Shown: positions 17,205 through 27,295, counted from the first letter of the stretch. The stretch is 64,000 nt of DNA from an uncultured Verrucomicrobiota bacterium (GCA_964647595.1 CAZYGH010000010.1:20362-84361); one strand, 5' to 3'. The notes: a model not told the origin generated them from the sequence alone. Translations and numbers: made by a program.

Positions 17205-19625
17205 ATGAAAACATGTGTCGTCTCTGCACGGTCCCGTGGCGCCATCCAACCCTTGGAAAAATGCGCGAAAAATGTTCCAACCCTTGGAAAAAATCCAAAA
17301 AAAAGTTCTAAGGGTTGGAACTTTTTGCTGGGCGTCCTGCTGGCGCTGATGCCGGCGGCGGAGGTCCGGGCGCAGTTTATTGGCTGGGCGTGCGGCGGAA
17401 TGGATGGGCAGGGCGGGCTGTTGGTGTGTACGACAAATGGCGTGGACTGGTTCCGGCAGGGCGTGGGCCAGCTCGGCACCGTTCCGCTGGGCGGCGTGGC
17501 CGCAGTGAATGGGCGGCATGTTTGGGTGACGGGAGATCTGAAGGACGGCTACGCCTCGATCTATTATTCGTCCAACGCGGGGCAAACTTGGATGCGGCAG
17601 GGAAACGCTTCTAGCCTGCCGGACCAGTCGTTGCGCAAGATTTGGGCAGTGGACCGGAACGTTCTCTGGGCGGTGGGGGTGAGGGGTACGGTCGTGGTCA
17701 CGGATAACGGGGGCGTGGACTGGCATGACGTGTCCGTGGCGGGCTACACGAACATGTTGCAGGGCGTGACGGCGGTGGATCCGCACAAGGCGTGGGTCAG
17801 CGGCCAAGTGAATCCGGATACGGGTCTGGCGGGGTTGTTTTACACGGAGAATGGCGGCCAGGACTGGCTGGCGCTTACCAACGGGGTCCCTGCCCAGACC
17901 GATCGCCTGCTCGGGCTTGCCGCGCTGGATGAAAATCGCGTGTTCGCGAGCGGGGGATACGAGACCATCCTGGCGACCACCAATGCCGGCGCGCAGTGGG
18001 AGACCCTTGCGGGGGGGGGATTTAAGGATGGCAACGAAATCTGCGTGCTCGACGAGAACCGCATTTGGGCGGCCAACGATGCCCATGTGAGCTGGACTAC
18101 CAATGGCGGCGTGAGCTGGAATTCGTTCAATACAAGCGAGTACACGATGGATGTTTCGACGCCGGACGGCACGAATGTCTGGGCGCTGTCCCACGGTCAT
18201 TGGGGCGGGATTATTTATTATTCGTCAGATGGCGGCGCGAGCTGGATCGAGCAGGCGAAGTCGAATGCGTGGATAAGGCTTGTCACGGTGGAGGTTCAAC
18301 GGATGCCTGTTTCGCGCACCCTGCACGTGGATGCGGCATCGGGAACCGCCGTTCCTCCTTACGATTCGTGGGCGACAGCGGCCTCGAACATCCAAGACGC
18401 GGTAGATGCGGCGTTGGATGGCGACATCGTGCTGGTGACCAACGGCGTGTATTCAGCAGGCGGCAGGACCACGTTGGAGGGGCTGACCAACCGTGTGGCG
18501 ATCGACAAGCCGGTGATGGTCACAAGTGTGAACGGGCCCGAGGTTACGATGATCGTGGGCCGTAGACCGAACAGCGATGCGGCGGTGCGCGGGGTTTATA
18601 TGGTGGAGGGCGCATCGCTGATTGGCTTTACCGTGACGAATGGAGCAACCTTGGCCCGGTTGGGGGAGGATGGTGCGGGAGGCGGGATCTTCGCGCAGGG
18701 TGGCGGTGCGATTATTTCGAATTGCATGGTGACCGGAAATACCGCTTGGAAGTGGGGCGGCGGTGTATATGGCGGAACGCTCTATCATAGTGTGTTGAGA
18801 GGGAACGAGGGAGACTTGGGCGGGGGTGCTTGTACCAGCACGCTCTACAACTGCTTGCTGACCGGCAACCGGGCTTGGGTCGACGGCGGCGGTGCGAGCG
18901 GCGGTGCGCTATTCAATTGCACCCTTGTCGGCAACTCGGCAAATTCGGTCGGAGGTGGAGCGTGGGACGCAGATCTGCACAATTGCATTGTGTATTACAA
19001 TGATGCGCCGAGTGGCGCTAATTGGTCCAACGGACTGTTACGGTTTTCCTGTACGACGCCCTTGCCCGAGGGCGCTGGAAATATGACCGCCGAACCGGGG
19101 TTTCTCGATCCGGGCAGTGGGGTTGGGACAAATCATGTCGCGGGCGACTACCGCCTGCAAAGCAATTCACCTTGTGTGAACGCGGGCTTCAACGATTCCT
19201 GGATGCACGAAGCGACCGATCTGGATGGCAATGCCCGCATCCAAAACGCCGTGGTGGACATTGGCGCGGTTGAGTCCGCGTGGTGGGGAATTTTTGCGGA
19301 CGTGGACGCGGACGGGTTCACGGATTGGACCGAGGTGGAGGTCACCGGCACGGACCCGACAAACGCGTCGTCGTTTCTGGGAATGATGGACGGGAGCGCT
19401 GAGGCGGAGGGTATGGTGATCCGCTGGCAAAGTGTCGAAGGCCGACTTTATCATGTGGACCGGTCACTGGATCTGATGGCCATCCCGGCCTTCCAATCGC
19501 TGACGAGCAACATTACCGGCCAGCCCGGAACAACCACCGTGACGGACACCACCGCCACCGCGAAGAGCCCCTATTTCTACCGGGTGGTGGTGGGGAGAGA
19601 GTCCCATGCGCCGGAACAACCATGA
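17205..19625 (+). CDS. secreted BNR-repeat (Ycf48-like) / right-handed beta-helix (choice-of-anchor-Q-like) protein with a C-terminal FN3-like domain
   Basis: Repeated xxDGGxxW BNR motifs, then repeated GGG...N beta-helix turns. C-terminal domain ends PYFYRVVV. Confidence 0.65.
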   Translation: MKTCVVSARSRGAIQPLEKCAKNVPTLGKNPKKSSKGWNFLLGVLLALMPAAEVRAQFIGWACGGMDGQGGLLVCTTNGVDWFRQGVGQLGTVPLGGVAAVNGRHVWVTGDLKDGYASIYYSSNAGQTWMRQGNASSLPDQSLRKIWAVDRNVLWAVGVRGTVVVTDNGGVDWHDVSVAGYTNMLQGVTAVDPHKAWVSGQVNPDTGLAGLFYTENGGQDWLALTNGVPAQTDRLLGLAALDENRVFASGGYETILATTNAGAQWETLAGGGFKDGNEICVLDENRIWAANDAHVSWTTNGGVSWNSFNTSEYTMDVSTPDGTNVWALSHGHWGGIIYYSSDGGASWIEQAKSNAWIRLVTVEVQRMPVSRTLHVDAASGTAVPPYDSWATAASNIQDAVDAALDGDIVLVTNGVYSAGGRTTLEGLTNRVAIDKPVMVTSVNGPEVTMIVGRRPNSDAAVRGVYMVEGASLIGFTVTNGATLARLGEDGAGGGIFAQGGGAIISNCMVTGNTAWKWGGGVYGGTLYHSVLRGNEGDLGGGACTSTLYNCLLTGNRAWVDGGGASGGALFNCTLVGNSANSVGGGAWDADLHNCIVYYNDAPSGANWSNGLLRFSCTTPLPEGAGNMTAEPGFLDPGSGVGTNHVAGDYRLQSNSPCVNAGFNDSWMHEATDLDGNARIQNAVVDIGAVESAWWGIFADVDADGFTDWTEVEVTGTDPTNASSFLGMMDGSAEAEGMVIRWQSVEGRLYHVDRSLDLMAIPAFQSLTSNITGQPGTTTVTDTTATAKSPYFYRVVVGRESHAPEQP

Positions 19626-19642
19626 TGACCAGAAAGGGGCAG

Positions 19643-19717
19643 TCCCATAATTAAATATTTCATTTCTTCGCATCCTCCTTACACTCAAAAATTTTATAGA
19701 TTATAGGACTGCCCACC
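19643..19717. repeat. long inverted repeat (arms GGGGCAGTCCCATAA / TATAGGACTGCCCACCCC) between convergent genes
   Basis: The arms are members of the GGGCAGTCC repeat family also seen at 20491, 21645 and 39383. May act as a bidirectional terminator. Confidence 0.45.
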
Positions 19718-19792
19718 CCTTGGTCATGGGTCATTGGATATTGGATATTGGATATTGAAATCTCCCCCCCGCCCCCCCCCATTTTTCGCGGA

Positions 19793-20074
19793 TCAATCCG
19801 CCCGGTGCGTCACTTCCACCAGATGGAAGCCAAACTGGGTCTTCACCGGCCCCTGCACCACGCCGATGGGCGCGCTAAACACCACCTGATCGAACTCCTT
19901 CACCATCTGCCCCGGCGAAAACGTGCCCAAGGCCCCCCCCTCGCGACCCGACGGACACGACGAATGTTTCTTGGCCAGCGCCGCGAAGTCCGCGCCCTCC
20001 GCAATCTGCTTCTTGAGGTCGTTGCACTGGGCTTCGGTAGGGACAAGGATATGACGGGCGGCGGCTCGGGCCAT
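19793..20074 (-). CDS. PpiC-type peptidyl-prolyl cis-trans isomerase (parvulin)
   Basis: 93 aa, colinear with E. coli PpiC (…DFA.LAK..S.CPS...GG.LG.F..GQMV.EFD..VF…PV.T.FG.HL..V). Confidence 0.8.
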   Translation of the reverse strand: MARAAARHILVPTEAQCNDLKKQIAEGADFAALAKKHSSCPSGREGGALGTFSPGQMVKEFDQVVFSAPIGVVQGPVKTQFGFHLVEVTHRAD

Positions 20075-20671
20075 GGGATGCTCCTGGGGTTTGGGTTTAA
20101 AACCCTTACCATGCCCGGATGCCGCAAAAATTCAAGTATAGGTTTTGATGCCCTCTCCTCATCCGTTGCTTGCCACGCCTCAGCGTGGGCACTCGCGCCC
20201 CATTTCCACCCCCCCATTTTTCCACACAATGGAAAACTTTTTCGCGATTTTTCCACACAATGGAAAAAATGTTTCCACAGTATGGAAAACTTTAGGCCGG
20301 CCCCATTCCCGTGGCTACTCTGTAGGCCCGGGCGCTGACCGGGCGGCTGTTTGATCGGGACGCCCCCGTCCCGCATCTGCCCCTTCTGAATCCTGAATCA
20401 TCGCGCCCTCCGCCCCCCCTTCTCCGCTTGCCAACCCACCCCATTTCCTCCATCCTCATCATCCTGTGAACATTGCACCGCCCAAAGAACATCATTTCAT
20501 AGGACTACCCCTTTTATGTTCATATTAATGCTTACTTTTCCCTAAACACCTTTAACAATTTTAGACATGCCCCCGACATTCCGCCTGCATTGACATAACG
20601 CCTCCATTGGCCATACCGTCAGTATCGCAGTATATTGCATGCCCACAGCACATTCACCGGTCTACTCATAA

Positions 20672-21223
20672 ATGCCAAAGATTAAGACAAAACTATGCCA
20701 AGGGTATCTAAAACAGCAGATATTCAAGCATCCGGCAGCGGATCGTGACGGATACGTCCTACAGCACAAACTTGTCATTGAAGATCATATCAAACAAATT
20801 TTGCCACCTGGGTGCATTGTCCATCACATTGATCAAGACAGAAAAAACAATTCAATCGACAATCTACTCTTGATTCCAAATGACTCCCTTCATATGCGGC
20901 TGCATCTTCTGAAACTGAGCAAGCCGTCTGATTACGATAAGTTGTTCATGTTTTTTCTGGAGATACAGAATGCAGTCACAACTGGGAGCATCGATCTACA
21001 GAAATATTACCGCGAAGAGAAAATCAAGGCGCAGGCTCGATATCGGTCCGTTTCAGCAATTCCGGAGCTGAGCGAGATCGCATGCGAGATCCTTGAAGGT
21101 CGGAGAATCGGCGTGCAAAGGCTACGAGAGCAGCACGGCGACGATGTGCTTAAGCAGATGATTCGCTCTGCGTTGTTACAAATGCCAATCGATGCTCAAG
21201 AGTATGCGTGGGAACTAATTTGA
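20672..21223 (+). CDS. HNH endonuclease
   Basis: GYVLQHKLVIEDH...CIVHHIDQDRKNNSIDNLLLIPNDSLHMRLH is an HNH_3-type motif. Low-GC codon usage. Confidence 0.7.
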   Translation: MPKIKTKLCQGYLKQQIFKHPAADRDGYVLQHKLVIEDHIKQILPPGCIVHHIDQDRKNNSIDNLLLIPNDSLHMRLHLLKLSKPSDYDKLFMFFLEIQNAVTTGSIDLQKYYREEKIKAQARYRSVSAIPELSEIACEILEGRRIGVQRLREQHGDDVLKQMIRSALLQMPIDAQEYAWELI

Positions 21224-21277
21224 TCACTTGGCGAAATACAATCGCACGGAAGTATCACATTCATTGCAAAATATTTA

Positions 21278-21607
21278 TTGGATAACTACCGATCTTTTCG
21301 ATCCGCCAATACTATTATCCAAGGAATGATAGCTATCTATAAGCTGTGTAAGCTGTCGCCAGATCACATGCTAGGGTGGGATGAAAAGCTACTAATGTGC
21401 AAGAACATGCTTTCAAAAAGTAAGACTGCTATTCATTGGACCATATGTCTTGCCAATACTGTCCAGCTAGACGAGGTGACCAAGCTAAACCTGTACTCTA
21501 GCATTGATAAAAACAAACTGTACTGGCGCTCAAAGATTGAAATGAAGAGGCTCTCAAAGCCTCCTTCTGCCGAAGAATTGCAGGTTATTTATGAAGATTC
21601 TCTCTAG
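21278..21607 (+). CDS. hypothetical protein (AT-rich island)
   Basis: ORF only; no recognisable family. Confidence 0.3.
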   Translation: MDNYRSFRSANTIIQGMIAIYKLCKLSPDHMLGWDEKLLMCKNMLSKSKTAIHWTICLANTVQLDEVTKLNLYSSIDKNKLYWRSKIEMKRLSKPPSAEELQVIYEDSL

Positions 21608-22069
21608 AATATGGATATCGGTCCAATAATCAAAAAAAGTGGGCAGTCCTATGAAATGATGTTTTGCTGCGCGGATCCGTTTCATCCCTTCCTCTTTTCG
21701 CCCATCCAATATGCCGCCCGCAAACGCGTTCCCCCACCCCGCCTCCTACTTTCTTCCCCAAATCCCCGCGCACTCTATCCCCAAAGAATAGAACTATCTT
21801 TTGACATTTTGGACACGCCCTGACTTCCCTCCCCACCTTGGCGCCCTTTGCGAGTTGCCACTCCGTTCACGCGGCTCTGCCATAGAACTCGCGTTCGCCC
21901 ATCGCCTTTAGCTTGGGCTCTGCACTCGTCTATTTGCGAGAGATGGTTTTTTAAATCTCAACAGGGGGAAAAACCCAATAGGTCGGAGTCCCCCCCTCCA
22001 TTTCCTCCTCCCCCGTCTCTTCGGTCTCTCACTCCGCGCCCTCTTCTCCCTACTGCCCGTGCCGGCCCC

Positions 22070-22966
22070 TCATCCACTTGTCGCCATGGTTTGCACGAAG
22101 TCGAGCTCGAGTTCCTCAGCCGGGTTGCTCAATCGCACCCAAACCCTCACGCGCAGCACTCCGTCCAGAAGGTCGTCGGCGGTCATGGTGCTGCCCAGCC
22201 CAACCGACACCGCAAAGGCCTCGGCGGGCGTGGCACCCTCCAGCTGGCCTTCCTTCCACTCGTCCGTCAGAAAACTGTTGATCATGGAATGAACGGCATT
22301 CCAGGTGTTCGCGTCATTGGGCGCAAAGACATACGCCTGCATGGCTATCTGAACGGCCGCCTTGATCCGGCTGAGCGGATCGGTGTAGTCAATCGGCACC
22401 ACGGGAAAAGCCGTTTCGTGGGGCACGATCTCCACCTGCTCCGACTTCCCGACCGCGAGATGGTGCTGTTTCATCACGAGGTGCAGGCTCGCCCTGAACG
22501 TTTGGGGATCCGCCACAAACGGCACCTGCGCGGCCACGTCGTTCTCTGTGAAGAAGCGGTGGGTCGCTTCCGGAATCTCGATTCCGTTGCGCGGGTTGCG
22601 GTCGGCATCTAGGGTCTGCAGAAAGACGCATACGTTGGCCGTGACGTGGCGCGCCTGATGGTAGCCATCGATCGTCAGATCCAGCGGGGTGACCACGGGC
22701 CGCCCCATGGCCCGGCCCAGTTCCAAGTCGCCGACCGAAAACACCACCCACTCTCCCTCGCGATACTGAAAGGCCCCGCGCGCATCAGTCAAGCCGCGCA
22801 GCGTCGCGGAGCGGTAGGTCAATCCCGCCACCGCGCTGTCGAGGAACACCCCTTCCCGCACTGGACCGTCATCCGAATCGTCGCACCCCATCGCCAGGAC
22901 GCCCAGCGCCAAGACGAGACAGATAGATCGGAGACCCCCCCGCTTGCAGGAGGCCCCAGGCCTCAT
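22070..22966 (-). CDS. hypothetical lipoprotein
   Basis: Start at the internal Met (MRPGASCKRGGLRSICLVLALGVLAMGC), giving a lipobox LAMGC. No recognisable family. Confidence 0.4.
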   Translation of the reverse strand: MRPGASCKRGGLRSICLVLALGVLAMGCDDSDDGPVREGVFLDSAVAGLTYRSATLRGLTDARGAFQYREGEWVVFSVGDLELGRAMGRPVVTPLDLTIDGYHQARHVTANVCVFLQTLDADRNPRNGIEIPEATHRFFTENDVAAQVPFVADPQTFRASLHLVMKQHHLAVGKSEQVEIVPHETAFPVVPIDYTDPLSRIKAAVQIAMQAYVFAPNDANTWNAVHSMINSFLTDEWKEGQLEGATPAEAFAVSVGLGSTMTADDLLDGVLRVRVWVRLSNPAEELELDFVQTMATSG

Positions 22967-23067
22967 GACGGTGAATTTCCCATCCCCTGTTTGTCCGGCC
23001 TTCGCGGTTTTGTTGTTCATTTGGCTTGCTCCAACTGTGCCCATGCTCGACGACTTGGAATCAAATC

Positions 23068-24051
23068 TCAAGCGCCAAAGGGGCAGACCCGCAACATTAT
23101 CATGCGAACCGGCTCGGGCATGTTGTTCATCACCTCAAACAACGCCTTGCGGTTTCCACCTCCGCCCAGCTTGCCAACTCCGCCAGCAACCCATACTCTC
23201 CACTGCATCCAACGGAAATACGCCCCCGCATGATCACTCGATTTATGAATTTGGAAGAGGCCCATCGCGCGGAAGCGGGAGAAGGCAGGAATGGCATCGT
23301 GGGGGCCTGGGGCGGCTTCGGGATGATACTGGAGCGAAAAGGCAGGAACCTTCTTCGCCTCCAACCCTTCCACGGTTCGGTCGTTCAAACTGACGTGCGT
23401 GATTTCGGCCTCGGCCGGATCTAGACTATCCGCATCCACCCGATAATTGTGATTCTGCGATGTGATTTCCACCGTCGCCGCCCGCACATCCATCACGGGG
23501 TGATTGCATCCGTGGTGACCGAACTTCAATCGGCACGTTTTCCCGCCCAGCGCCAGCCCCAGCAACTGGTGGCCAAGACAGATGCCCATGATCGGCACCT
23601 TGCCCAGCAATCCCCGAATCGTGGCGATGGCATAGTGCAACGCCGCCGGATCCGCCGGGCCGTTGGACAGCATCACACCCGCAGGAACGGTGAAAGGACG
23701 AACTGAACCGCCACCGCTGATGGTCACCCGGAAGCCGTTGTGATTCGTATTCAGGTAACTAGCGTTGGGCGTGCCTGAAATGACCACCGTGCCGGTGACA
23801 TTGAGCGTGCTCGCAAGCGCAATGGTCGTTTCCTTGAAGCCAAAGGATATGGAGCGCGTGCCCGTGCAGGGCTGGGCCAGCGCCCAGCGCAGCGTGCCCG
23901 TCCCGCTGTCTAGATGGTTGGTGACCGTGAAGGTCTGGTCGGCGCGGGCGGCCATGAGGCTCAGGGCGAGCGCCAGAGCCACTTGCATGACCAGTCGGTT
24001 CCACGTGTAGCGTGTTGGTTTCATCGTTGTTCCATCCAGTTTGTCATCCAT
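23068..24051 (-). pseudogene. carA: chimeric ORF: N-terminal secreted beta-helix-like fragment fused to the C-terminal ~130 aa of carbamoyl-phosphate synthase small subunit (CarA glutaminase domain)
   Basis: The C-terminal half (KVPIMGICLGHQLLGLALGGKTCRLKFGHHGCNHPV...HPEAAPGPHD) is colinear with the E. coli CarA C-terminus, but the CarA N-domain is absent and replaced by a signal-peptide-bearing fragment. Confidence 0.5.
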
Positions 24052-24562
24052 ATTTCACATTCAGGGCCGCCGCCGTGCGGGGGCTCAGGTAGGGCGCGCC
24101 AGTCAACAGGGCTTGGATGCCATGAATTAAATGACCGGCGGCTTCGCGTTTGGTGACATATCCATTGGCGCCGGCAGTTAACGCACTGCGTATCATGTGC
24201 GCGCCTTCGTGCATCGAGCAGACCAGGACGATCAGGCCGCGTTCCCGTAGCGGCCCGATCAGGTCGATGCCGCTTTCGTCACCCAGTTTCAGATCGAGCA
24301 GCACCACCCCGCCGGAGGAAAGGTTCGCGTGCGCCAAGGCTTCGCGGCCACCGCCAGCTTCGCCGGCGATTGCGCACCCCATGGACCGCAACAGATTCTT
24401 CAACCCGGCGCGGACTCTTGGCTCATCGTCCACGATAAACACGGACGGCTTGGCAAGCGCCTGCAGCGGGGCGGCACGATCCATCCCGATTCGATCCATC
24501 GAATTCATGCGGGCAAGAATAGGCAGACAGACGGAGGAGAGAGAGGGGGATTTTCCTCTCAT
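24044..24562 (-). CDS. response regulator receiver domain protein (no output domain)
   Basis: CheY-like (VFIVDDEPRVRAGL..., D..K...GANGYV) with no HTH. Confidence 0.7.
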   Translation of the reverse strand: MRGKSPSLSSVCLPILARMNSMDRIGMDRAAPLQALAKPSVFIVDDEPRVRAGLKNLLRSMGCAIAGEAGGGREALAHANLSSGGVVLLDLKLGDESGIDLIGPLRERGLIVLVCSMHEGAHMIRSALTAGANGYVTKREAAGHLIHGIQALLTGAPYLSPRTAAALNVKYG

Positions 24563-24572
24563 TCGGACGGCA

Positions 24573-25199
24573 TCAAGCCACGGGAGGAGAAGAGGCGTCC
24601 CGGATGGTCTGGCGGCGCAGGTCTTTCATGCTTTGCAGGCCGAGTTTGTTCATGATGCGGGTGCCATACGATTCGAGGGTGCGAACGCTGATGCCAAGCT
24701 GCCGGGCGATTTCATCGTTGGACAGGCCCTGTCCCATGAGCCGGTAGATCTGTTGCTGTTGTCCGGTTAGCGTGTCGATGGGTGTCGCATGAGCAAGCGC
24801 TATTTCGGCGCGGGGGCTTAGAAAACGGGATCCGGCCGCAACCGTACGGATGGCTTCGAGCAACGAGCTGGAAACCTCGCGCTTGGTCACATAGCCTCCG
24901 GCCCCTGCATCCAAAGCCTTCCGTATGACATCCGAGCGCTCATGCATGGAATACACCAAGACGGACAAACTACATTCGCGAAGGCGTTGGATCAAGGAGA
25001 TGCCGTTCTCTTCGCCCAAGGCCAGATCCACGATGACCAAGTTGCTTTTGCTCAATGCGGGGTGTTGCAGGGTTTCCCGGATGCCTCCCGCCTCGCCCGC
25101 AATGGCAAGACCCGCCCCGCGCAGCACGTTGGCCAAGCCTTCGCGCACCATGGGATGGTCGTCCACCAAAAATATTCTTGCCGGATTCGGGGTTGTCAT
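24573..25199 (-). CDS. NarL/LuxR-family response regulator
   Basis: Receiver domain plus C-terminal LuxR HTH (LTGQQQQIYRLMGQGLSNDEIARQLGISVRTLESYGTRIMNKLG). Start taken at Met 25199; ATGA overlap with the kinase gene. Confidence 0.85.
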   Translation of the reverse strand: MTTPNPARIFLVDDHPMVREGLANVLRGAGLAIAGEAGGIRETLQHPALSKSNLVIVDLALGEENGISLIQRLRECSLSVLVYSMHERSDVIRKALDAGAGGYVTKREVSSSLLEAIRTVAAGSRFLSPRAEIALAHATPIDTLTGQQQQIYRLMGQGLSNDEIARQLGISVRTLESYGTRIMNKLGLQSMKDLRRQTIRDASSPPVA

Positions 25200-26305
25200 G
25201 CGGCACCCATCGCGTGCGGCACTCGACACAGGACGGTTGTGCCTTTGCCGGGTGCGCCGGAAATTTCCAGCGATCCGCCCATCAATCCAGCGCGGTACGC
25301 CATGATCCGCCGCCCCAAGCCTTCCCCCGCATCGCTCGCGATGCCCTTGCCATCGTCGGTCACGCTCAGTTCGAGTTCGCCGGGACGGCTGATCAAGCGG
25401 ATGACCACCCGCGTGCAAGCGGCATGCTTGGCGGCGTTGGTCAGGGCTTCGCTAGCGATCCGGTAGAGCTGCAAGGCGCAGTTCGGGTCGCAGACACTCA
25501 CTCGAGCATTTGCTTGGAGTTCACATGCGATGCCCCGATGTTCGCGCGCCGTGCGGCACAGATCCTCCAGCGCGGGAATCAGGTCTTCCGGCTCCAAATC
25601 CACCGGACAGAGCCCGCGCGCCACGTCGTAGGCCATGTCGATGGATTGCTCGATCTCTTCCCGAATGCGCGTCACCTCAGCCGCTTCTGTCGCACCGGAC
25701 GCCGTTTGTCGATTCTCGAGGGCCGTGCAATTCAGCAATGCCGCCGTCAGGTTTTGGCACAGCCCGGCGTGCAACTCGGAACCTAGGTTCCGACGCTCCG
25801 CTTCGCTGATGCGGGCGACTTTCGTTTCCAGCCGTTTACGGTCAGCGGTTTCCTCCTCCACCTTCCGCAATGCGATGCGTTCGGCGATCATGGTGCGCCG
25901 CTGCAAGGCATGGAATTGGGTCAGGAGAATCATTAACACCAGAATGCTTCCACCAAAGCGAAGCCCTTGCAAAAACCAGAACTCCGGCTGGGCGGCCACC
26001 CCCTCCACCTCCACCAATTCCGTCAGCATCGGACTCTCGACCAGAAGAGCAACCGCCACAAACAGCAGGCTGATCAGGCCCGCCATCCACCACCCGGTAC
26101 GGGGTCCGTCCAGGATCACGGCTAATAGCGGCAGGACCAGCAAAGACAATCTTCCATCGCCCGCCAACTGTGTCACGGCCAACTGGATCACGCCGAATAT
26201 GGCGATCACACCGAGCATGATGAAGGCCCTCCATCGGGGTAGCCAGCGCGGCCGCACAGACACGATTGCCGGAGCCAGATACAGCAGGAGGCAAACGATC
26301 CGCAA
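25196..26305 (-). CDS. sensor histidine kinase (HisKA_3 / NarX-LiaS type)
   Basis: Four N-terminal TM helices, a conserved His in ELHAGLCQNL, and an HATPase_c domain (DDGKGI...GLGRRIMAYRAGLMGGSL). Confidence 0.8.
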   Translation of the reverse strand: MRIVCLLLYLAPAIVSVRPRWLPRWRAFIMLGVIAIFGVIQLAVTQLAGDGRLSLLVLPLLAVILDGPRTGWWMAGLISLLFVAVALLVESPMLTELVEVEGVAAQPEFWFLQGLRFGGSILVLMILLTQFHALQRRTMIAERIALRKVEEETADRKRLETKVARISEAERRNLGSELHAGLCQNLTAALLNCTALENRQTASGATEAAEVTRIREEIEQSIDMAYDVARGLCPVDLEPEDLIPALEDLCRTAREHRGIACELQANARVSVCDPNCALQLYRIASEALTNAAKHAACTRVVIRLISRPGELELSVTDDGKGIASDAGEGLGRRIMAYRAGLMGGSLEISGAPGKGTTVLCRVPHAMGAA

Positions 26306-26480
26306 CCACCATGGAAGGTTAAAAAATGCGGCCGTTCAAAACGGCAATCATAGCGGGTAGTTCGGTAGCAGCGGCAACCGCCAACACGATGGCGATGGCC
26401 TTCGACCTCCACTCGTTCAGCAATCCGTCCACTTCATCGGCGACGGCTTGCTGGGTACATCCGGCTCGATCCGTCATCGT

Positions 26481-27281
26481 TTAGTCTCGGTCGAGGCCTT
26501 GTCGGAGGTCGCGGATTTTGGCGGCCATGCGGGCGGGGAGGTCGGGGGCGGCGGGGGCGGTGCCGATGACGTTGACGAGGGTGGAGCCGACAATGACGCC
26601 ATCGGCCATGGGGGCGAGTTTGGCGGCATCGTCGCCGTTGCGGATGCCGAAGCCGAGGCAGACGGGGAGGGGGCTGACAGCTTTGACTTCGGCGGCGTGT
26701 TTGGCGATGGCGGAATAATCTAGGCCACCTTCGCCGGTGGTTCCGGTTTTTGTGATGAGATACAGGAAGCCGCCGGTTTCGTTGGCGATTTTTTGAAGGC
26801 GGTCGGGGCGCGTGGTGGGGGCGGCGAGCAAAATGATTTGGATGTCGGTGCCCTTCAATGCGGCGCGGAGGGGGGCGGCCTCTTCGGGCGGGAGATCGAC
26901 GACGAGGAGGCCGTCGACGCCCGCTTCATGCGCGGCCTTCGCAAGCCGTTCGAGGCCGTATTTGAAAAGGGGATTGTAGTAGCCGAAGAGCATAATGGGG
27001 ATGTCGGATTCGGCGCGGAGGCGGGCGGCGAGCCCGAGGGTTTTTGTGAGGGTCATGCCGGAGGCGAGGGCGCGTTGCGAGGCGAGCTGGATGGCGGGGC
27101 CGTCGGCAGTGGGGTCGGAGAAGGGGACGCCGAGTTCGAGGATGTCGATCCCGGCGGCACAGGCGGCGCGCAGGATTTCAAAGCTGGTCTCGAGGTTCGG
27201 GTCGCCCGCCGTGAGATAGCCGACGAGGGCTTTGCGATGGGTGGAGGAGAGTTTTTGGAACGTGGTCGTAATTCTATTCAT
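26481..27281 (-). CDS. trpA: tryptophan synthase alpha chain
   Basis: TIM-barrel TrpA motifs (LVGYLTAGDP, GVPFSDPTADGP). Confidence 0.9.
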   Translation of the reverse strand: MNRITTTFQKLSSTHRKALVGYLTAGDPNLETSFEILRAACAAGIDILELGVPFSDPTADGPAIQLASQRALASGMTLTKTLGLAARLRAESDIPIMLFGYYNPLFKYGLERLAKAAHEAGVDGLLVVDLPPEEAAPLRAALKGTDIQIILLAAPTTRPDRLQKIANETGGFLYLITKTGTTGEGGLDYSAIAKHAAEVKAVSPLPVCLGFGIRNGDDAAKLAPMADGVIVGSTLVNVIGTAPAAPDLPARMAAKIRDLRQGLDRD

Positions 27282-27295
27282 GTTTCAAACCCAAA

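Larger units (their letters stand above)
20491..21662. mobile_element. AT-rich mini-island with 18-19-bp terminal inverted repeats (CATTTCATAGGACTxCCCC ... GGGCAGTCCTATGAAATG) carrying an HNH endonuclease
   Basis: GC content drops sharply. The inverted repeats were read directly from the sequence, and the island holds an HNH nuclease ORF and a small hypothetical ORF. Confidence 0.45.

Noticed and set aside
17082-18200. 372-aa minus-strand ORF overlapping the BNR/beta-helix gene. Similar long antisense ORFs occur at 27347..28696, 29776..30894, 30998..32359, 44153..46102, 48976..50025, 50561..51496, 55960..56712 and 63100..63762.
   Set aside because: They lie antisense to genes with clear homology-supported products. 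Their translations are low-complexity and Arg/Pro/Gly-rich, typical of GC-rich shadow frames, and they were not called.
19380-19625. C-terminal ...[FY]YR[VL]... endings shared by three secreted proteins (PYFYRVVV, IYRVKVTLP, RFYRLLK), considered as a possible novel sorting signal.
   Set aside because: The preceding ~85 residues show the W...Y.V...T...L.....Y.FRV.A pattern of an ordinary fibronectin-III/Ig-like beta-sandwich. The shared ending is the FN3 F/G strand, not a distinct anchor motif.
19733-19780. 3x GGATATTG tandem and 26-nt poly-C tract, considered as a CRISPR-like or phase-variable element.
   Set aside because: It is far too short and irregular for a CRISPR array, with no cas genes, and the poly-C tract is intergenic. 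It is noted only as part of the repeat-rich spacer.
21848-22612. 254-aa plus-strand ORF.
   Set aside because: It is antisense to the better-supported lipoprotein ORF 22070..22966, with Pro/Arg-rich low-complexity translation.
22646-23424. Several 130-200-aa overlapping ORFs between the lipoprotein gene and the carA fragment.
   Set aside because: They overlap each other in multiple frames, carry no motifs, and are probably noise around a rearrangement breakpoint.
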